Part shown: in pieces, positions 11,101 to 17,100 of the stretch
Numbering within the stretch: position 1 is the first letter of the stretch
Layout of the letters: each line of letters opens with the position of its first letter
Assembly: GCA_900755035.1 (NCBI GenBank)
Contig: CAAEEZ010000014.1
Coordinates: forward strand, 16,863-80,862
Origin: Clostridia bacterium
GTDB lineage: Bacteria; Bacillota; Clostridia; Christensenellales; CAAEEZ01
Length of the DNA stretch: 64,000 nucleotides
Reading direction: 5' to 3'
Notes under the pieces: generated by a model
Told to the model about the DNA's origin: nothing
What the model saw: only the letters and a program-made list of their open reading frames with translations
Database searches by the model: none
Position numbers and translations under genes: made by a program

Positions 11101-14100
11101 AAGCGTGGATATCGTAGGACTAATAGGTAAACTTGTAAGACAAATTACTATATCTATGTATGCAGTAAGGGTAGCTGTAAGTGAAAACTTATTGTCGTAC
11201 ATTCCTGAACTAATGGAAAGCCTTGGCGTACAAGGATTCCCAGAGTTTGGATATCCGTCGCTAAACGAAAACAACTATATTCAAATAGGTTTAATACAAA
11301 ACGAGAAGGTAGACTTGTCGCTTCTATTAAATCTTGATATGTTTGGTCTAAATACTCAAATTGCAATCGAGGACGTAGGTCTTGGACTTGGCTCGAAGAA
11401 AGATATCGAGATGCCAAAAGATTTCTACGACGCTGAAAATAAAAAATTTATCGTAAGCAATTTGGATAAATTAGACAGTAGCAACAGCATACTAAACGTA
11501 AACGTAGAGGCTGAATTAAGATTAGATATCAACGAAGCAGATACCAACTTGTCAGCGTTACTTGGTGGTTTACTTGGCGATTTGAAAGTAGGCTACAAGA
11601 ACGATAAGACCATAACTAAGGACTTCTTATTAAGAATTAACGCACAAATAGATATTGCTGATTATTCGTTGGTACTTGGCGTGGAGATTATCGAGCAATT
11701 TGTAGATGGCGTAACTGCTCCTGTTACGGTGCTTGGTATTTATTATGATAGCGTAGATAGTACTGCGTACGTAAAATCTACAATATTGCCAAACATGAAG
11801 ATAACCGGTTTGGAACTAGATGTGCTTCTTGGTAAACTAATGGGACAATCGGCAGCCGAAGCTACGGCTAATGGTGCAAGTGCTATACGTCCTATTATAA
11901 ATCCGGACGCAATTAAAGAAAATTCTGATAGTCCTTCGGTAAAAGTAACACTTGCAATGCAACAATACTTTGCAGTGGCAATTTCCGGCGAGTTAATTAG
12001 CCAAATTATCAACGGTATAGACCAAATTAACTCTGTACCGGTACTTCCTGATTTTGAAGTAGCGTTAAGATTTGGTAAGAGCACTCCTGATTCTCCATTT
12101 GCAATAACTTTGCAAGTAGGGCTTGGTGAAAATAATCTAAACAACGAAAAGAAGTTCTTAATAGATTTAACTGCTAGCTTGTATCTTGGCCCTGTAAAAT
12201 ACGACCAAGAAAACAATAAGATGAGCGGTGGTACTTACGTAAACTTCTTAACTAAGGACGAGGCAACAAGTACGGATAATCAAATTATCACTAGCGAGAT
12301 GAGAGAATATCCAACGCTACTAAATATTGCGTTTGACGCTAACGGCGATATTAAGCCGGAGGTAATTGCTGAAACGGTAGAATTAGGTATCACTATGTTC
12401 TTGAACCTAGGCCACGAGCAAGGAAACTATAATTTCAGCAGTTTGTTAGCAGGTATCTTTGGTGAAAACGTAGAATTCGTTGCTATGGTTGAAGCATTAG
12501 AAAAACGTCAAACGAATCTTGCTATCGACGTAAAGGCGCAAATCAACGTAAATAACCTAATAATGAACGCATTGTCGGGTGTTGGCGTTAGTTTGAAGGG
12601 TACTAACTTGCAACTTACCATAAGCAAACAAGAATGGGATGATAAGAATAAGCAATATACTCCATTAGAAAAGGTAATGCAACTTACCTTCAAAGGTGGC
12701 GCAGGTAAGGACGGCAACGACGCATTATATCTAAAACTGTACGGTGCAGGTAGAAAAGATCCTAACGACGTAAACAGCACCGAGGATATCGCAATCGTTG
12801 TAGATACCATAAATATTATGGATATAGTAAACAAGGCAACAGGTCAAAGCACGGCAATATCTACTGCTAGCCCAACCACAGCCCTTGCAGACTTTATAAA
12901 TACTATAATCAAAGACGTTCATATTCGTGAGGTAGAGAGCGAAACAGGTGAAAAGTATATTAGAGCCGACGTAAACTTCGCTGCACATATCTTTGATGAC
13001 GTAATTAAACTTGTTACGTTGCTTACGTCGGATACGGCGAACGCTACTACCGAGCAAATTATGAACACCATTGCAAAATTGAATTTACCGGACGTAACAA
13101 GAGGCGGATTGTACCTAGCGTTCAACCAAAGTAAAGTTGGTCTTGGCGTAGGTCTTGACGTGCAATTAAATAATTCGGTAAATATCGCGCTAGGCTTAGA
13201 AATAAACGCTCTTGGCATAGTTAAGGACGAATCCGGCTTGATAATGCCTGAGGGAAAAGTAAGCGAATACAAGTCGGTTAGCGATTTGCAAGTAAAATTA
13301 CACTTCGAGGGTTATGCCGAGATGTCGAACCATAATACCCCAGAACCTATGAGTATAGGTGGTATTATCACTACTATCCTAGGACTACTTAACGTAAACG
13401 TAGGCGACGTAGACTTCAACGTAGAAACCACGAGCACCGAAAAATACGGCTTGATTTTGGACGGATATATCGACACTAACGATTTCCAACTAGATGAAAA
13501 CGGCAAGCCAAAAACAGCAAACACTAAGATTAAATTGTCGCTAACTAAGGAAAACCTTGTAAGTCAAGGTGAAAACGGCAGTCCAAAACACTTGCTTGAT
13601 ATCTACTTGGATTTTGCTAAAAAAGGCGTATATATTGACCTAACCGGTATGAACCTACCTAAACTTGCATTAACGGGACTAGATTTAGGTCAAATGCTTG
13701 GTAATATTATTAGCCCATATCTTGGTGGCCAACAAGGAACACAAACCATAGATGCAACGGCAACTGCTGATGGCAAAACTGTAATGTCGGCTAATAAATT
13801 GTCTGCAATGTTGTACTTAACTTTGGGCGTAGACGAAACTTCGCTAAGGTTTAATGCAGACCTAATCAACGCAATACTTCAACTTGTACTTGGCTACCTA
13901 AGCGACGCTAACCCTAATAACGATATTATAAATACGCTAAAAGGTATGACGTTGCCTGATTTTGGTACGGTTGCTCTAAGTTCGTTCAAGGACGAATCTG
14001 GCGTAGACCACTTGGAAGTACGTATTTACAGGGTAGCAGGTAAAGTGGATGATAACTATCTAGCGCTAGGCGTTAAGAACGCATGGTGGAACGTAAATCC

Positions 14101-17100
14101 TACGACTAACGGTAGCGATTTGGCAGTAACGAATACTGCTGATTACGGTACTATCTACGACCTAAAAGACGGTCTTGGTTTAAGGCAATTATACGTAGAT
14201 ACGACTATTAGCCTAAAATTTGATTTCAGCGATCCTGATAAAGCAACCGAGGCTAGCTCGTTTACAAGATATATCAGCAGAATGCTTGCGTTACTTATTG
14301 ATAAGAGTACGGACGAGGCAGCAATCAATAAGTACCAAATTATGATCGTAAGCGACAACGAGGCTAAGAAAGTACTTCAATACGAATTAAGAATAAAAGG
14401 TATTTTGGATATTACAGATATCTTTGGTGGTAGCAACCTATCTATCGAACTATGGAAGATGGATTTAATTCATACCGCACCAGATGATAGAAACAACGTA
14501 ATGTTACTTGGTGCTTACCTAAGAAAAGATTCAAGCAACGGTTTACCTACCTTGTTTGTGGATCTAAATAACTTAGGTTTACCTAGAATTAAACTAGTAG
14601 GTATAGACGTACTTCTTGGTGGATTAGGTTTGTCTTCGGCAACTGCTCAAAGCAACGTAATAGGCACCGGTAATTACGACGCTGTTGCGCAAGCCGCTAA
14701 AGATTTGCAAAACAGAGTAGTGATTGAGGATAATCAAGTTAAACTTGAAATCAATCAAGGATTCTTGTATGGTATACTTAGCGCTGCGCTTCCTGATGTA
14801 TTTAAGGATGGCTATATCAATGCGGGTGCAATGAAATTGCCTCTACCTAATGTTGCAGGTGTTGAACTACTTGTAGACCTATCTAACGGACTACAAAAAT
14901 TAAATCTAAACGCATATCTTGAAAAGGAAACTAGCAATCATATAGGTATCGAAATTAGACTAAACGAACTTGATATTGCCGGTGGCGAGAAAACCTTTGC
15001 TGATAATAAGATAGTTTGGACCGAGGTTGGAGATAAATATAGCAACGTTAAAGGTGAAAACTACTTTAATACGTTTGGCGCTGTACACGTAGGTACTTCG
15101 TTCACTGCTGATATGATTAATGAACTAGTTGAGTCTATAGATCCTAATATATTGATTCAGTATAACAAGAGAAGTGACGGATATTATAGGTGGCCAGGAC
15201 TTGCCACTGGTCATTACGAGACGATGTATCAACATGCCATTACCAGTGGAAAGGGCTGGGATTACAGAAGAATGGGTCAATCCTGGAATAATATTCTACT
15301 TAGTAGAGCATCAGGGAATAAGGCACAAGCCATAAGGCTTGCTGTTGTTGCTCGTTCTGGTGCAAATAATAGCACGTATGGTGGTACTAACCCTATATGG
15401 CCAACGCAAAAATTGCAAAATGGCGAAGCGATGGTAGACGTTTATTTGGGAGGAGATGGCAATATTTATGCAGATATTGATAAAGCTGCGAGAGTTACCA
15501 ATGCCTTAGGAGGAGTTATTCCTATCATAGCAATACCAGCAGGATTAAAAATTGGAAATATGATATTTGGTGCTGAGAATTCTGCTACATACGATGATCC
15601 TAATATAAGCGCAGTAGCTCTTGGCACGTCTGGTATGGCAACTGCTGCCAAAACCCCGAATGAAGAATTTTCTAGTATTTTTGCTAACTTTGATATAGGT
15701 AGTTTCTTAAAGGGTATCGAGATAAGAATTTATACCAATACAGAGAAGAATGGTGGATATGCTCAAACGGAAATTCAAGTCAAAGTAGACCCTGTAAAAA
15801 TTAATGAGATATTTAGAGCTGTAAACTATATGTTAGCAAATGTATTTGACCCTAAACATCAAGCAGCACATTGGAATGGCGACGGAGGAATCAACGACGC
15901 AAATAAACCGGTGATGCTTGGTGATACACTAAGGATATTCATTAAAGATGAGGTAAATGCTACGCTTGGAGGACTTATTTGGAACAATACTGCGAACGCA
16001 GATACTGATATTGGAAACTTGTTGGGTTCGTTATTGCCTCTTCCTGAATTAAATTGTAATTTGAGCGAAAGTGATGGTACTCATTTAGGAATGAAACCTA
16101 CAAGCGATCAGGCTACAAAGCTCGAATACGTAAGAAGTGAGTTAACATTGACGTTAGGATATAATCCTAATGAAGTAGGCATAGTTGGAGCATTAAAGTC
16201 AATAAATGCACAGTTTGGTAATAAATATGGTTTTGGTACTCACGAAAGCGGAAATAATGACCAGGCGCTGGAAGCAGTTAATCGTAAACTTGGATGGTTA
16301 GAATTAAACATTAAAGCACATGGAAACAATGAATTGCTTGGTACAAAAGCAGTATCTACCGTTAACGGCTACAACCGAGGAGAAGACGTATTGCAAAGAT
16401 TGTCTGAACAATACATTGCATCGGGTAACGGATATCCAATCGACGGTGGAAAAGAGGGAATTACCATTACCGATCCTGTTAAGTCCGTAGAAGAGATAAG
16501 AGAAAAAGTCGTAAACGGAAAAGGACTACCTACCAAAGCGAACGTTTCTTACCTAGACGGCACTTCTACAGGTGGTGCAATCAACGGCGAAGCAGAAACC
16601 ATGGTATCTATCGTATGGGACGATTCAAGGATAGATCTTAGCCCTAACGGAAGCAAAGATAGTTACCTATACGGCTGGATACAAAACAAGATGATTGCAA
16701 AAATCAAAGTAACCGTTGACACTAAGTATGAATTAAAGAATATTGACAGCTTTGAAATGGCTATAACTAGCGAACAAAACGCAATCGCTATTGAGAAACT
16801 TGGCAGTGGCAATATAGTTAAGCCAGATGGTAGCGCAAATATTAAGATAATAATGGAGTCCTACCTAACGAAGAACTTGCCGTCAATTATCTACGTACAA
16901 CAAGGCAACGAACCACTTCCTTGGATTTACTCGACTACTGCAGTTAAACGTATTATTTACAGAGAAATTACGGCAACGGGTGTACCTGGCAAAGAATACG
17001 ATAGCGAAACTAAAGAAGGTTTGACAGTACTATGGGATAGTGAAAGAGGCGAATACGTAAACGTAGAAGAAGTTGGTTGGAGGGGCGACTGGTATATCAG

